A stretch of DNA of 62,694 nt, filler included, from Globobulimina sp. (GCA_003354225.1; 14 parts of 14 records of this genome joined end to end with filler, not necessarily neighbours in it), one strand, 5' to 3'; positions 1-12,971 are shown, counted from the first letter of the whole stretch. Numbers and translations: made by a program. Notes: generated by a model from the sequence alone, not told the origin.

Positions 1-42
1 GGCCTTTCTAGCCCCGGTGAGAAAGGCTTTGTAGAGCTTAGT

Positions 43-477
43 TTGGAAATGTTTGGTGCGCCATTTCAAGGCTCGTCTACTGTGGGCGGTGCAGATTCAT
101 CGATCTCTATCGGTGATGCTGGCTTTATACTCCATGAGGGAGTGAAACTGATTAAAGGCATGGAGAATTTATTTAAAGCTATTAAGCCGTCAGCTGAGTT
201 TGGCACGCCGGTCCTGAGTGCCGATGTCGAAATCAGTCTCGGTGAGTTAATCAGTGCCATTGCTGAGCTGCTCGACATCATTGCCCAAGTAATGCAAAAG
301 ATGGCTTCTTCCGCCGCATCAGCGGAGATGAAAGCTACTCTGAAACGCATTGAACAGTCTATTGAGCGAATGGAAGAGAAGGGGGATAGAATTGAAACTT
401 CCATCACGGAACTTGATGAGAAAGTTGAACGCTTTCGAGAATTGATGATCCAAAAAATGTATTTAATATGGCTTTAG
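43..477 (+). CDS. Hypothetical coiled-coil protein fragment, unrelated to and abutting the truncated PolB
   Basis: Higher GC than the PolB region; heptad-like stretch LKRIEQSIERMEEKGDRIETSITELDEKVERFREL. Confidence 0.35.
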   Translation: MEMFGAPFQGSSTVGGADSSISIGDAGFILHEGVKLIKGMENLFKAIKPSAEFGTPVLSADVEISLGELISAIAELLDIIAQVMQKMASSAASAEMKATLKRIEQSIERMEEKGDRIETSITELDEKVERFRELMIQKMYLIWL

Positions 478-3400
478 CAGCGTTTACCTGAACCGGATTT
501 CCTTTATCCCTTCCTTCAACTCTGAATTTGATGCATCTTTTCAACATTGGCAGCCAGGGCCTTCCTTGTCCTCTGAACTGAATTATGCAGTCAATATCTG
601 TACACAACAAACCCATATCCAGGACATAAAATTTAAGCAAGTCAGTTGTTATCACCGTATCATCCACTGCTAGTTCATTGCATAGGGTTCTTTGTCCTTT
701 CTTATTTTTAAACATGTCATATTTCTCTGCATAAGCTTTTTCGTTTTCACATAAATCCGTTCGAGTAAGATCTCTGTGTAACCAGAATGGAGGATACAAA
801 GCGCATGTATGAATTTTTTCTGGTGGTGTCTTCAAACTGCATTTAACGGCCCCATGTAATTTATTTTCCAATATCAACTCCAGACATCGCTGCCAAGAAA
901 ATGACTTTGAGACCGACTGGGGCGCCAAATATGACATAGAATGTTTTACAAAAGCTGCCAGAAACGGGCTTTTTTTTATTTTATTTTACCATTCGTGTTC
1001 CCACATAACAATATGTTTGGCCACTCGAGGATGCTTACTAAGTTCTTCATCTCTGGCTAATGTCTCTTCATAAACTTCTTTGTTGGGTCGACCATTGATG
1101 GGATTCAATCCGTGTTCGAACTCCTCTTGTGTCATAATGTCGGGGCTTGAATGGACCACCGATCCATGAAACTCAAATGACACCCCTACTTGTTCCCCTT
1201 TCTTGGTTCGTCCAATCACAATCCAGCCATCTAGGCGAGCCGTTCGGCTATCAGATATCCGAATTCTTTTCTCTGACCTAAGACTCAATATGGTCTGCAT
1301 GGGTTTTTTGTGCACCATTATAGATTCATATCTGAGCCAGCAAAGTGGCATCAATCCTCGTTCTTGTACTGTTTCGATACGGAATTGATTGGACTTTAGT
1401 CTGATTGAGTAGGAACCCAAAACAGGGCACTCAAATTCTGATGTTGATCCATATAATGTATTAAAGTCGAGCAGCATTATGTTGTCCACTGTTTCTGGAT
1501 CTGAAAATATGTGGGGTTGTATTTTCGTGTACCCACATACAGCCAATCGTTTTAGTATTGTCGAGGCTCCTCCACAGATATTGGAGTTTATCATGTTGAA
1601 AGCATTAGACCCCAATTTAACCACATAGTTCAAAGGCTCCTCCGGATATTCAGCCAAATACTTCAAAGCCCAAGAATAACTCAAACTTGGTAGGGTGTTG
1701 AACTCCAGCATGTCCACATTTGCCAATTCCTTAAATGACTCTTTCATCTTTTCAGTGGCCACCAAAACACCCAAACAATCAACAGAGCAATAAAGAGGTA
1801 GATAGTGCCACAGTTTTGTCATGTTTTTTCCTCGGCAAAATTCCTGAAGCTTCTCAAAAGCTACAATTCCCATTTCTGGTTCGGTTGTTCTTTTCAAAAT
1901 TTTAAGAGACTGTTCCTTTTCTATCCCTTGTTCCAGCAGCCCCATGTATCTTTCATATGGTGTGTTCAAAGTGTTTGTTTGCTTAAGATCAGACCAGAAA
2001 TCTTCATAAGTAACTTCGGACAATGGTTTTTGAAGATCTTTTGGGGTACGAACCAACTCATATGGAAAAGCAAGTTTTGAATAACGATCTTCTATACCGT
2101 ATCCATACAAAAAGTCGGGAAGTGAAAGTCTGCCATTTACATAACGAAGCACATCCAGAAAACGTATATTTTGACTGGAAAGAACTATCCATTGGTTTCC
2201 TTTTTTCAATGGTCTGGGGACTTTACCTTCGAGTTTTGCCAAATACCAGCATAAACCAAAACTGCAAAGACAAGTCAAATCAAAAGTGGCATTATAGAAC
2301 AATACTGCCAAGCGTCTCGCATGGTTATGCATGTCCTCTCGCACTTTCTTTAACTGAAAAACGTATCCTGGTTTTCCATCTTCCTCTGCTTTCTGAATAA
2401 CGGTGTCCACTTCATCGAAAACTGTCTGATTGTGTTCAATGGTTAGTTCGTATGCTCGTTTTGACATTTCCAGTACATACTTCAAAAAGTCCTCTATAAA
2501 AGCTGATGTTCCATCCAACCCAACAAAACAAATACTGGTATCATACGGACCATCATTGACATTTGATACAATAGATATAGCCATAGGAGTGTGTTCGTCT
2601 AGCAGCAACAATGTCTTTCCTTCGAATGCAGCTTCTCCTGTCTGATCTTCGTCCATGTAGATTTTCTCTCCCAGCAATGTTTCAATGTCAGCAACAGCAA
2701 AATATAGAGAAAGATCAAAAGTTTCTCCACAATCTATCCCAAGTTTGTCAAGCCTGTCTTGTATCGTCCATTTGGGTTCGCATTTGCCACCTCTGTAGTG
2801 AGTCTTTCTTTGGGGGGTCATTAATTCGTTTTCTAAAATCTCCTGAAGTTCCTCATTAGGGTTTTCTTCTAGCATAGCCAACACGGTACACTTTTTGCGA
2901 TGTAAATGATTATCCAATAGAGACTTCGAATTATAGGTGTTATTGCAGTAACGGCAGGAAAACAGATTCCTCAAAATATTGAGTTTAGTTATAATGTTGT
3001 ATTTCTTAGTAGATTTGATCATTAAATTCAAAACTGGTTTCTTATTTTCTATGGGTTCAACCTCTGTCAGCAGGACCATGTCTTCGGTAAATATGTGGAT
3101 CACCATTCCAAAATGTCGTGCAATTTTTGTCACCTGAGACAGTTTTAATGGTAAATTAGAATCCCCATCATCAAGTTGTACTTCTCTAAGTACAATAAAG
3201 TACAACTTTCTCGCTTTGTTGACTACAACAGACTTCCTGTGCCATCCTAATTTCTTGTGGTTATGTAGACATAAAAAGAATGTAGCAAGACAACACATAA
3301 ATGTAAATCGTGGACTGAATTCTTCAAAATTGGAACCAAGAAGTCCTTTCTTTTCTTTCTCTCCTAAAAAATGTCTGAATTATTTATGTTTGATCACCTA

Positions 3401-4161
3401 ACTCCTTACCTTTTTTTGTTCCAGTTTGCCTTTCTACTTCGATTTCCTCCTCCTCCACCTCTTCCATCATTTCTTCGGGGTACTATAAAGAAAAAATTCC
3501 TTTTCAATTTGGTTTATTAAATAAATGTGTCAATACATACTTCTACATAATGATCTGGGACGGATCGAAATGGATCTATATCGGTTCTTTTGAAATCTGC
3601 GAGACTTGGACCCTTAATCTGAGCTACATTCTTAATACGTGGGATTAAGAGGAAATCAGATGGACCAACATTATCATCTGGTTCGGGGTCGATGTTTCGC
3701 TCGGTTTTTTGAGGTCTACGAGTAGGTCCCTCCTCCTCCTCCTCCTCGTCTTCTTCTGCTTCAGCTTCCAGTTGTAAAAATGGATTCCAATAACCATATG
3801 TTTCTGCTTCATCATAGTTTTCTTCTTCTTCTTCTTCTTCTTCTTCTATGTTCTCCCTTTCCACATTTGATACACCTGGCTGTTCTTCCTCTTCTTCATC
3901 ATTTGAGTCAGAAATTTTCTCTTCTAATGACATATTGCATTCTTCCATATCAGTAACCCCATTGCTTGAATTGTCCTGTTCCTCGTGTTTTTCCTGAACA
4001 TGGCGTTTAAGATCATTAGCTCTTAAGTAGGTCTTGGGACAATAAGGACAAGACAGTTTCTTTCTCTTTTTTAAGTCTTTAGGATCCAAATGTTTTAAAT
4101 CAATATGGCGATTAAGTTGACCGCCTTTTATATCTTTGGAGCAAAATGGACAAACAACCAT
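404..4161 (-). pseudogene. C2H2 zinc-finger / protein-primed family B DNA polymerase (Polinton/adintovirus-like); spliced, with an internal stop and truncated 3' end
   Basis: ExoI AVADIETL, ExoII FYNATFD, ExoIII YCSVD, KLAFPYE, motif A LLDFNTLYG, inserted nuclease-like segment (RLDGW...FEFHG...WEHEW) and motif B KAILNTFFG. GT-AG introns 3483-3540 and 3364-3409 join ORF 3517-4161 in frame to ORF 986-3298. One in-frame TAA (986-988) separates that from ORF 404-937. Motif C (DTDS) is not found. Confidence 0.85.
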
Positions 4162-4349
4162 ATTGCTGAGGAGATAGTCCCGCTATAATAATAATATGTA
4201 CATAACCTGACTTTGTGTGTTGTGTATTGACGGAACCAGTTTGGCTGTGCTGTCTGCCTACACGTTGTAATTTTTCAATCTAACATAACTTCTTTATTCC
4301 ACTAAATATTTATATTTTATGTTGAATACTGACCTCTTAACCGATGACA

Positions 4350-4388
4350 ACATCAACAACAACAACAACAAAGCATCATCATCATAAT
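4350..4388. repeat. (AAC)n/(ATC)n microsatellite at contig end
   Basis: caacaacaacaacaacaaagcatcatcatcat. Confidence 0.7.
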
Positions 4389-4488
4389 NNNNNNNNNNNN
4401 NNNNNNNNNNNNNNNNNNNNNNNNNNNNNNNNTTAATTAATTAANNNNNNNNNNNNNNNNNNNNNNNNNNNNNNNNNNNNNNNNNNNN
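4389..4488. other. Artificial contig spacer (first of 13; others start at 8877, 13364, 17851, 22338, 26825, 31311, 35796, 40280, 44764, 49248, 53731, 58213; each 100 bp)
   Basis: Identical N44-TTAATTAATTAA-N44 blocks giving stops in all six frames; flanking contigs decrease in length from 4388 to 4382 bp. Confidence 0.99.
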
Positions 4489-4573
4489 TTAACAACAAAA
4501 TTACTTAAGATTAAGATTAAGAGAAAATTACTCAATAGTTAATTATATTAATTTGTAAGTTATATTGCTTGTA

Positions 4574-5329
4574 TTAAATTGAGAGTGCATTTCTTTGGGT
4601 ATTTAAATTTGTTTGTATTAAATGCACCATTTGTTCTCTCATTGCAAATTGTTCTGTTTTTACATGATCCTCATCCCATTTATCCAATGATTTGAATCTG
4701 AATAAACTGGATTCTGCTTCCTCTTCTTTATAAGTACTAGTAGTCAAATGTTGCAATTGTTGTTGCATTTCATTTTCAATATTTCGCAATTCATTGTTAC
4801 CCCACAATACCATTGTGGTTGGTGTTAAATTTGATTTTTTTGATTCATTTTGCTGCTTTCCAGCGGGTGATAACTCTGAAATATCGGATTCATATTCGAA
4901 TTCATCATCGCCAATATCATCTAATTCTAATTCAGCTGTTTCAGCATCGGCATCGGTATCGGCATCCATATATTGTCGAGTTACTATTCTTCGTATTTCA
5001 GCCGCATTGTCAATTTCAATTAAACTTAATCGGTCAACACGTTGCATGTCTATATTTTTTTCATCTTCAATCAAATCCTCAATTATTAATAAGTTGTTTG
5101 ATTTCAAATTATCTGATTTTAAATGATATGATTTCAGACTGCATTGTCCCTTTTGAGGTGTAGATGATGCCGGTTGTGGTGTGATATTAATAGAGGACGA
5201 CGAGTGAATTGCTGTCGTCAACGATTTTTTGTTAATTGATTTTATTTTTTTTATATAACGTTTGTGTTTACGTTGATGCAATTGAGTTGTTTTGCTGTGA
5301 TCAGCACCGCAACAATTAGAGTTACCCAT
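4574..5329 (-). CDS. Hypothetical protein with predicted N-terminal myristoylation/palmitoylation
   Basis: 251-aa ORF beginning MGNSNCCG, followed by a basic patch and an acidic middle region. Confidence 0.65.
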   Translation of the reverse strand: MGNSNCCGADHSKTTQLHQRKHKRYIKKIKSINKKSLTTAIHSSSSINITPQPASSTPQKGQCSLKSYHLKSDNLKSNNLLIIEDLIEDEKNIDMQRVDRLSLIEIDNAAEIRRIVTRQYMDADTDADAETAELELDDIGDDEFEYESDISELSPAGKQQNESKKSNLTPTTMVLWGNNELRNIENEMQQQLQHLTTSTYKEEEAESSLFRFKSLDKWDEDHVKTEQFAMREQMVHLIQTNLNTQRNALSI

Positions 5330-5465
5330 TCACTATTAAAACTAAAAGTTTTTTGTATTAATTAATTAGCGAATTATTTATGTGCTGTGCAAGGAGAGAA
5401 TAAAACATATAAAATAAACACCACGCCAACGTTGGAATTTGTTAAACTGACTGTTGACTACGAGA

Positions 5466-5964
5466 TTATACACTGAAGCTCATTTCGCAACCGCACTTTG
5501 CAGCAACGTTGGGATTATCAAAAACAAATCCCGCTCTTAAATCGTCCTCTTTATAGTCAATGGTAGTACCAATCATATAAAACAGTGCATGATTTTCCAC
5601 AACGACCTTAACACCGTGCTGTTCAACCTCAAGGTCGTCAGACTTTGCATCTTGAGGCTTTGCATAATTAATGGAGTATTCCAATCCATTGCAACCACCC
5701 TTGTTTATACCCAATCGAACTCCATCAATCATTTCATTTTGTGCTCCGATCAGGATTTGTTTGATTCTATCAGCCGCTGTACGTTATTTGTTCCAATTTG
5801 AATGCTAATTTATTTTATATGAATATCATATGAATTATGCCAATACCTGCAGCTGTTATTGTTACTGGATCCTGGGTGACTCGCTTCATTCTATTTGCTA
5901 AACGTGATCCTGAACGAGTCGATGCTGACAGGTATCTTTTTATTGAATGATATAACAATGTCAT
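5466..5964 (-). CDS. ISCA1: A-type iron-sulfur cluster assembly protein (mitochondrial IscA/ISCA1)
   Basis: GGCNGLEY, GTTIDY, FVFDNPN and CGCEMSF motifs. Intron 5777-5846 joins an Arg/Ser-rich presequence exon (MTLLYHSIKRYLSASTRSGSR...) in frame. Confidence 0.93.
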
Positions 5965-6122
5965 AATATGTTTAATAATTATGAGTCGATCATCTCGTCA
6001 CTAAAGTTTTTTTTCTCTTTTCAGTGGTGTTGTCATCTTTCATCTATGCAGAGTCACCAAGATAAATCATAATCGATAATTAATACTCCGTATACGTATT
6101 GTATTAATCAATATTAATTGAG

Positions 6123-7664
6123 ATGAAAAATCTAGCCATTAAAATAAAGCGTAAATTTTCGCAAGAACGATCAGGCGCATTGAACAAAAGTGATTCTAGT
6201 TCTAGTTCTGGTTCTAATTCTAATTCCGAGCTACGAGGCAGTCGAATGAGCGGTAATGTATCGAATACAGCAGAAAACAGTGCAAGCGGCATGAATAAGA
6301 GCGCATTATCTAATAAAGCATCAGTAGAAGGCAGCGCCAGTTTGAGCCGAAGCGGAAGCGCAAGCGAGGATATTCCGAATAAATGCTACAAAAAAGAAGA
6401 TTTACTGAAACAAGTGGCCTCTCTCAGAGAAGTGGCACCGGAAAAACGTAAAAATTTGTTTGTCAAAAAGCTTCGATTATGTTGTGTCATATTTGATTTT
6501 GGGAATGAATCGCCATCGGAAAATTTAGGAAAAGAAATGAAACGGCAGATATTATTAGAATTAGTGGATCATGTCACGACTAATAAAGGTTGGTTTTCAG
6601 AGAAAATATTACATGAAATATTACGGATGGTATCGGCGAACTTATTTCGTTCATTATCACCGTCACTAAAATATGATTATGATCCGGATGAAGATGAACC
6701 GACTTTAGATTCGACCTGGCCGCATTTACAAATTGTATATGAATTCTTATTACGATTTATCGTTTCGACTGAACCAGATCCAAAATTATTAAAAAGACAT
6801 TTAAATGGTCCATTTATCTTAAATATTTTACGTATTTTTCACTCTGAAGATCCGCGGGAAAGGGAATATTTAAAGACTATCTTACATCGCATATATGGTA
6901 AATTTATGAGTCTGCGCTCATTCATTCGTAAATCGATAAATAATGTATTTTATTGCATAATATATGAGAATGAGAGACATAACGGAATCGGTGAATTATT
7001 AGAGATCTTAGGAAGTGTAATAAATGGTTTTGCAATACCGCTGAAATTGGAACATAAGAAATTTTTACGAAATGTTTTATTGCCTTTACATAAAGTAAAT
7101 AGACTGCAGACATTTCATCAGCAATTATCGTACTGCATCACTCAATTTATTGATAAGGACAATCAATTGGCGGTCATTATAATTGGTGGTTTGATCAAAT
7201 TTTGGCCCATTCAAAATTCATCAAAAGAAGTGTTGCTATTAAACGAATTAGAAGAAATTCTCGAAGTTACGCCGATGCCTCAATTAAAAAGCTTTTTAGT
7301 GCCAATATTTAATCGATTGTCCACATGCATTCAAAATCAACATTTTCAAGTGGCAGAAAGAGCACTTTTCTTTTGGAATAATGATTTAATTGGCAGTCTA
7401 ACACAAGCTCATAAAAAAATTGTATTTTCTATTATTGTACCTTCGTTACATCAAATTAAAGAAACGCATTGGAATGCTACCGTCCATTCATTATCATTAA
7501 ATGTGACCAGAATGTTAATTGAAATCGATACTAATTTGTATACAAAAATTGTAAATCATTATACAAACAATAGACCCGAACAAACCCGATATAAGCAAAG
7601 AAAACAAAAATGGTCAAAGTTAAAACAAATTGCTAAGAAAAATACTAATAATACCAAACGATAA
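6123..7664 (+). CDS. Protein phosphatase 2A regulatory subunit B' (B56 family)
   Basis: DEDEPTLDSTWPHLQIVYEFLLRF, SEDPREREYLKTILHRIYGKF, HFQVAERALFFWNN. Confidence 0.97.
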   Translation: MKNLAIKIKRKFSQERSGALNKSDSSSSSGSNSNSELRGSRMSGNVSNTAENSASGMNKSALSNKASVEGSASLSRSGSASEDIPNKCYKKEDLLKQVASLREVAPEKRKNLFVKKLRLCCVIFDFGNESPSENLGKEMKRQILLELVDHVTTNKGWFSEKILHEILRMVSANLFRSLSPSLKYDYDPDEDEPTLDSTWPHLQIVYEFLLRFIVSTEPDPKLLKRHLNGPFILNILRIFHSEDPREREYLKTILHRIYGKFMSLRSFIRKSINNVFYCIIYENERHNGIGELLEILGSVINGFAIPLKLEHKKFLRNVLLPLHKVNRLQTFHQQLSYCITQFIDKDNQLAVIIIGGLIKFWPIQNSSKEVLLLNELEEILEVTPMPQLKSFLVPIFNRLSTCIQNQHFQVAERALFFWNNDLIGSLTQAHKKIVFSIIVPSLHQIKETHWNATVHSLSLNVTRMLIEIDTNLYTKIVNHYTNNRPEQTRYKQRKQKWSKLKQIAKKNTNNTKR

Positions 7665-8283
7665 TATGATGATTCATGAAACATTGTATGCTCTCTCACA
7701 CTTCTTATTTTTACGGTTATTTAATCTTAACTTAGTACTAAAGTTGCTTTTGAGTATTTAAAAAAATGTTATTAAGTCTGAGTTATTATACTCATATTCG
7801 TGGCCTTTTGAACCCTAATTTCAAAGAGCGTCCGGTTATTGATTTCTTAGTGTTTTGAAGAAGAAACCTATATAATGTTTGCCTAGGACCTAGCTACCAT
7901 GATATTGCAATTAAGGATGGCCTAGATCTCGATTTATATTGCCCAATATAAGCCCCTTATTATGATGTATCATAATATTAAAAACATATAAATGCTGCTT
8001 CGAGCTTCCTTATGCCATAAATATACCATTGATCAAAGTGAAAGCGGTGTCTATAGTTTATCATTTTACCATAAAAATCGTTGTAAAGCGCAAACGAATG
8101 TATTGAATATTAAAATTGAAAACATCATACGTACACACAAATGACACAATAGTATATATCATTATTTATATATCTGAAAGTAAAGACAACAACAAAAACA
8201 AACGTATATCGGACAACACATATATAAACAAACAAACACATAATTCAAACAAAAACAGAATGTACAGTACAAATTATTCGTAT

Positions 8284-8876
8284 TTAGCTAATAAGGGTTT
8301 TTTGTGCAACTCTAAGACAAACACGTTTGCATTTTTTATCACAGCTACCGCATAATATATCATATAAGGTATTCCCCGCTATAAATAGGCAAAAAACACA
8401 AACAGATGTGACTAAACCATCGAAAGCAGCCATATTCATTGGTATCAATAATGTTAATCTTGTTTGTGGTCCAAATATAAATCTGAAACCATAAAAACAA
8501 ACACTTACAACCAACACAGAAAACGATATTGTTAACATTAAAATCGCATTTCTTGTGGTTATTGCTAAAAAACAGTCTTTTTTATTAATATGTACCTTAA
8601 TACTCTTTTTTGTCTCTGTTCCTGACTCTGATATTTGTTTATTTTTCTCATGGTCATGATCTACCAATGATACTGATAAAGATACATTATTTTCTAATGC
8701 TGGTTGTATTATAGGAGACGGAGTAACGTGAGCTGGAGCTGGAGCTGGAGCTGCTTTGCTTGGATTGGGGGCACTCGATGCTTTGCTGGAGATAATGACC
8801 ATGCTGCTTCGCGATACATGCGAGACACTGGAATTTTGAACAGATAATGTTAATAAACGTTGACTGAACATAAATA
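8284..8876 (-). CDS. Membrane protein, C-terminal part (possibly 7TM-receptor-like); 5' end cut by contig edge
   Basis: Long hydrophilic loop, then two hydrophobic helices and a Cys-rich basic tail (YDILCGSCDKKCKRVC). Confidence 0.5.
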
Positions 8877-8976
8877 NNNNNNNNNNNNNNNNNNNNNNNN
8901 NNNNNNNNNNNNNNNNNNNNTTAATTAATTAANNNNNNNNNNNNNNNNNNNNNNNNNNNNNNNNNNNNNNNNNNNN

Positions 8977-9219
8977 TTCGGATAGATTTGAGATAATTTA
9001 AGCCAAGATAGGATTTTTTGGATATACCATGAATCTTTTTAGGCTGAATGTGCCCTATAATGTACTGTTGAATCCATTGGAATGTATAGATTCACAGACA
9101 TTCAATCAATTGAATATTCATCAATGTTTTGATTCTTTTGCTTCTTTTGAATGTGTTTGAATCGCCTTGATTATGATCGACCGTTTCCGAATGCCATGCT
9201 AAATCTTCTGATGACTGAG
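8977..9219 (+). repeat. Left terminal inverted repeat (outer end cut by contig edge)
   Basis: Reverse complement of 13121-13363 with a few mismatches. Confidence 0.97.
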
Positions 9220-9325
9220 TCTTAGATAAAGTTTTTGAACACAAACATCACCAAAACCAAAAACTAACCCACATTTCTTGTACATTCCAACCAACTAAAC
9301 ACAGCAAACAACAGCAGACTCCGTG

Positions 9326-12300
9326 ATGCAGACTCCTCCATTTTTTGCACCCGCTCCCAGTTTACCAGCGCCAGACAATTCGCGATATATACAAATCGGT
9401 TATAAATTAGGTTTCGAGGAAGGTAGAATATATGAACGGCAATATGGTATTAATGGTAATAAATGGAATCATAATCAACCAATTGGTTTTCCTCCAATAC
9501 AACCACCACATAATCAAATGCCACCGTTACCGATACCGCTACCCACTGCCATGCCCGCAATGCCACCAATACCAATACCAAATACATACGTTGCTCCTGC
9601 AGGGCCAGCAATAAATTCCTTCGTTGCAGCTGCAGTAACTCCAGTTGCTACACCACCCGTTGGTACAACAGTAACTCCGCCAGTTGCTGCAACAGTTACT
9701 TCGGCAGTATCACAGACTGCAAATGCCATCGCCGTGCCAATAGAGCCATCCATATGGACTGACTGTAGTGTCTCACGTATGGAGTTTCAAGTATGTTATT
9801 TTTGAAAACGTTTCTGATATAAATCTGTAGTTTGAATATGTATGTTGTAGAGAGTGTTGCTCATCATATTGATCAACAAAAAATGTAATCGGACGGCATT
9901 GTCTGCTTTTGTGGTATTAAGCGTATCCAAATTATTTGCAAAAATCTGGAGTGTATTGGCTGAACATTATGTTTTAGTGAGAGGCAAATCGACAAAGAGA
10001 GATTATTATATTGTAAATAAAATATTATATTCGGACTTTGAAGAAGGAACATTAAATAAATCGGATAAATTACGTTTAATGTATCCATGGCCATCGGATT
10101 TAATTGCAGTGTATGATCAAATTGCAGATGAAATAAATGATCGGATTTTGAGAAAGAAACGAGCGAAAATGACTGATATTGAATTACATAATTCATGGAA
10201 ACAAAAATCGGAAATTGTGCCATCTGTTGATGTGGATTTAACTATTACTATGGCATCGGATGTGGATAACGCGAAAAATAAAAATAAAAAAAGAACGGAT
10301 ATTGATTTGGATGTAAATGTAAGTAATGGACAGCCACCAATGAAACGATTAAAAACAGGAAATAATGGATGGGTGGCGGCAAATGAAGTGACTGATTTAT
10401 GTGATGTTGTTGGTGAAGAAGAAAAAGCTAAAGCAAGTCAAGCCACACCACAGTAAGTTTTTAACTAAAATTAAAAACATTTTTGTTGGTTGTTATTTTC
10501 TTTGTTGTGTATTTATTATTTCTCCGAAAATTACACTACTTAATACTTATTATGTACACAGAAAATGTGAGCGGTACACTGGTATTCTCCAACAAAGAGA
10601 TTATTCAGCATATGACTGGTTTAGAGAGCAATTATACAAATTTGTGTTTGAGAATAAACATAAGTATAAAGGGAGAGAATTATTACATGCGAGTAAAAGA
10701 TTTTTGAGCACTGCAAATTGTACATGGTCTGCCAAAGATGTAGAAAATAATTTCTATCGAGGAATTAAGGCAGCAGCCTTAAAAGATGACACATATCAAC
10801 CACCACTAAAAAAAAAACCCGACTTAGGCAAACACTGTGTAAGAAATAAAGCCCGCTATATTTCGGAGTTATTCTCACAAGAGACAGAGCAGTCAATATT
10901 CCAGATTCTCGAACAATTATCCAAAGACCAAAGTTTGCAGGAAAAATTGACAACATTTCCAATAAATGAACAAATTAAAACCATATCAGAATTGGTTTGA
11001 GTATTAAATATAATTCGTGATTCTAACGATGCTAATTCCCTGATACAAAAAGAAGTGTTACTTGCTGCAATGTGTATATTAGATGATGATGGGAATATAT
11101 TAAATAATAATATTATCCGCAAAATATGTCCGAGTTCTTTTTATAAAAATAATTATGATAAAATCCGAAAGCTTAAAATTAATTTTAATTCCAATCAAAC
11201 AAAAGATTTATTATTTAATAATTCGATAAAAACACGCTGGGATTATCCGCAAGAATTGCATGAGCAAACTGTTGATTTTTGGATGGAATCAACTCATGCA
11301 AATCCAAATACATCTAGGACTCGCCAAATAACAGTGAATGGAAAAACAATTACTCATCCACAACATGTTTGTTATTGTGAATATAATGCTGTGTTTGAGG
11401 ACTGGCAGTCTCACCCAGTAACACTTCGCATTTGTGCTAAATATAATAAATCCGTTCCCTGCAAGCAATGGTTTTTCGATCGCCGACCATTATTTGTATA
11501 TCCTGTAAATGATAAAGATTTTAGTCACTGTGCTGCACACCAAAATTGGGAAAATATTTGTAATTCGTTGGTAAAAATATTCCAATGTCCGAAAGTGCAT
11601 TTTTGTGGCACCAATAAATGCATAAATTATCCAAATTGTAAAGATGGTGAAAAATGCAGATGTGATACATGTTTAAATTGTCCATTTTTAACTGGTTTAT
11701 TTTCATTATCACCAACTAAATTTATCAAAAAAATATCATGTAAAAATAATAATGCTTTATATCCCAATTTGAAATGTTTTCGATCTGAGTGTAAAAATAA
11801 TGATTGCGGACATTTATATTTAAAACAATTTATTAATGGTCAGTTTTGTTCCAAATTAATAATCCCAGATACTGCCGACATCCAATATAATATTCATAAA
11901 AAATATTCGAATTCAAACAATGGCGATTCAGGCTTTGTTGATCAAACTGCTTCCTGGCTTGAGTTTAAATCAATTTTTTTGACTCAATACAGGAAATTTG
12001 CGAAGCATCATATCATTTATATCAACGGATTTAGGACCAGAAGGGATTGGGTTTGTAGGTTGTCACTTTGTATACCACCCAAATATCTATATTCACATTT
12101 TGATTTTATTAATAATATTAAACCAACATCACAACATAAAACAGCCAGTCAATGGAGCAATCGCGATGGAATTGCTTTGTGTTGCACAGTAAATAGATTT
12201 TTTTGTAATAATAATAATAATCCATATACCAAAGAAGCTCAGTTTTCATATCTTTGTTCCGATCCTGTGCATGATTGGTCAGCTGCATTATATTATGTTC

Positions 12301-12971
12301 ATCAACATATTAAAATGATGAAAAAATATTTTAAAGATACTTTAAAAACAGAATTAACGCATTTTTATGGATATTCTGATCGAGGCGAATTTAGTTGTTC
12401 TGGATTCATTGTTGGTTTGGCTAAGATTAAAAAACAAGAAAATTTAGAAGAGATATTTTGGGCATTTACCTGTCCTGAACATGGTAAGTCGAAATGTGAT
12501 GGGTGTGGCAGTGGAATAAAATGTTGTGTTAAATCAGGTGTTAAATCTGGAGATCTTACATATAATCCATCCGTTCAGCCGTATGAACAAAGTATTATTG
12601 AGTTATTGTATGAAAAATTGGTTAACGATGATAAAATTATATATAAACGATATTTTCGAATCCCTCCAAATGTGATTTATCATTGCAAACAAAAGGAATT
12701 TTGTAAACCAATACCAGATATTAATGATTATTTTGAGTATAATATAAAGTCACCGACTCAAATATGGCGTCGTCATTTGGATTGTAAATGTATCTGTTGT
12801 ATATCAAGCAATTTTGTAGGCTGCGAAAACGTTGCTATAACTGGGCGATGGGAGATTTGTAGATTGCCAAATAATTTCATTAAAATTAATGCACCAATAT
12901 GGATAAAATCTGTTGCGTTGAGAAACAATTTAATATCTTTTGGACCATTAAAAAAAAATGGAACATATTGA
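9326..12971 (+). pseudogene. Spliced DDD-type transposase of about 1150 aa with one in-frame TGA
   Basis: Introns 9791-9850 and 10453-10561 keep frame; TGA at 10998-11000 is in frame with ORF 11055-12971. Motifs HFDFINN, HDW, YSDRGEF, EHGKSKCDG, Cys-rich regions and NLS-like PPMKRLK. Confidence 0.8.
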
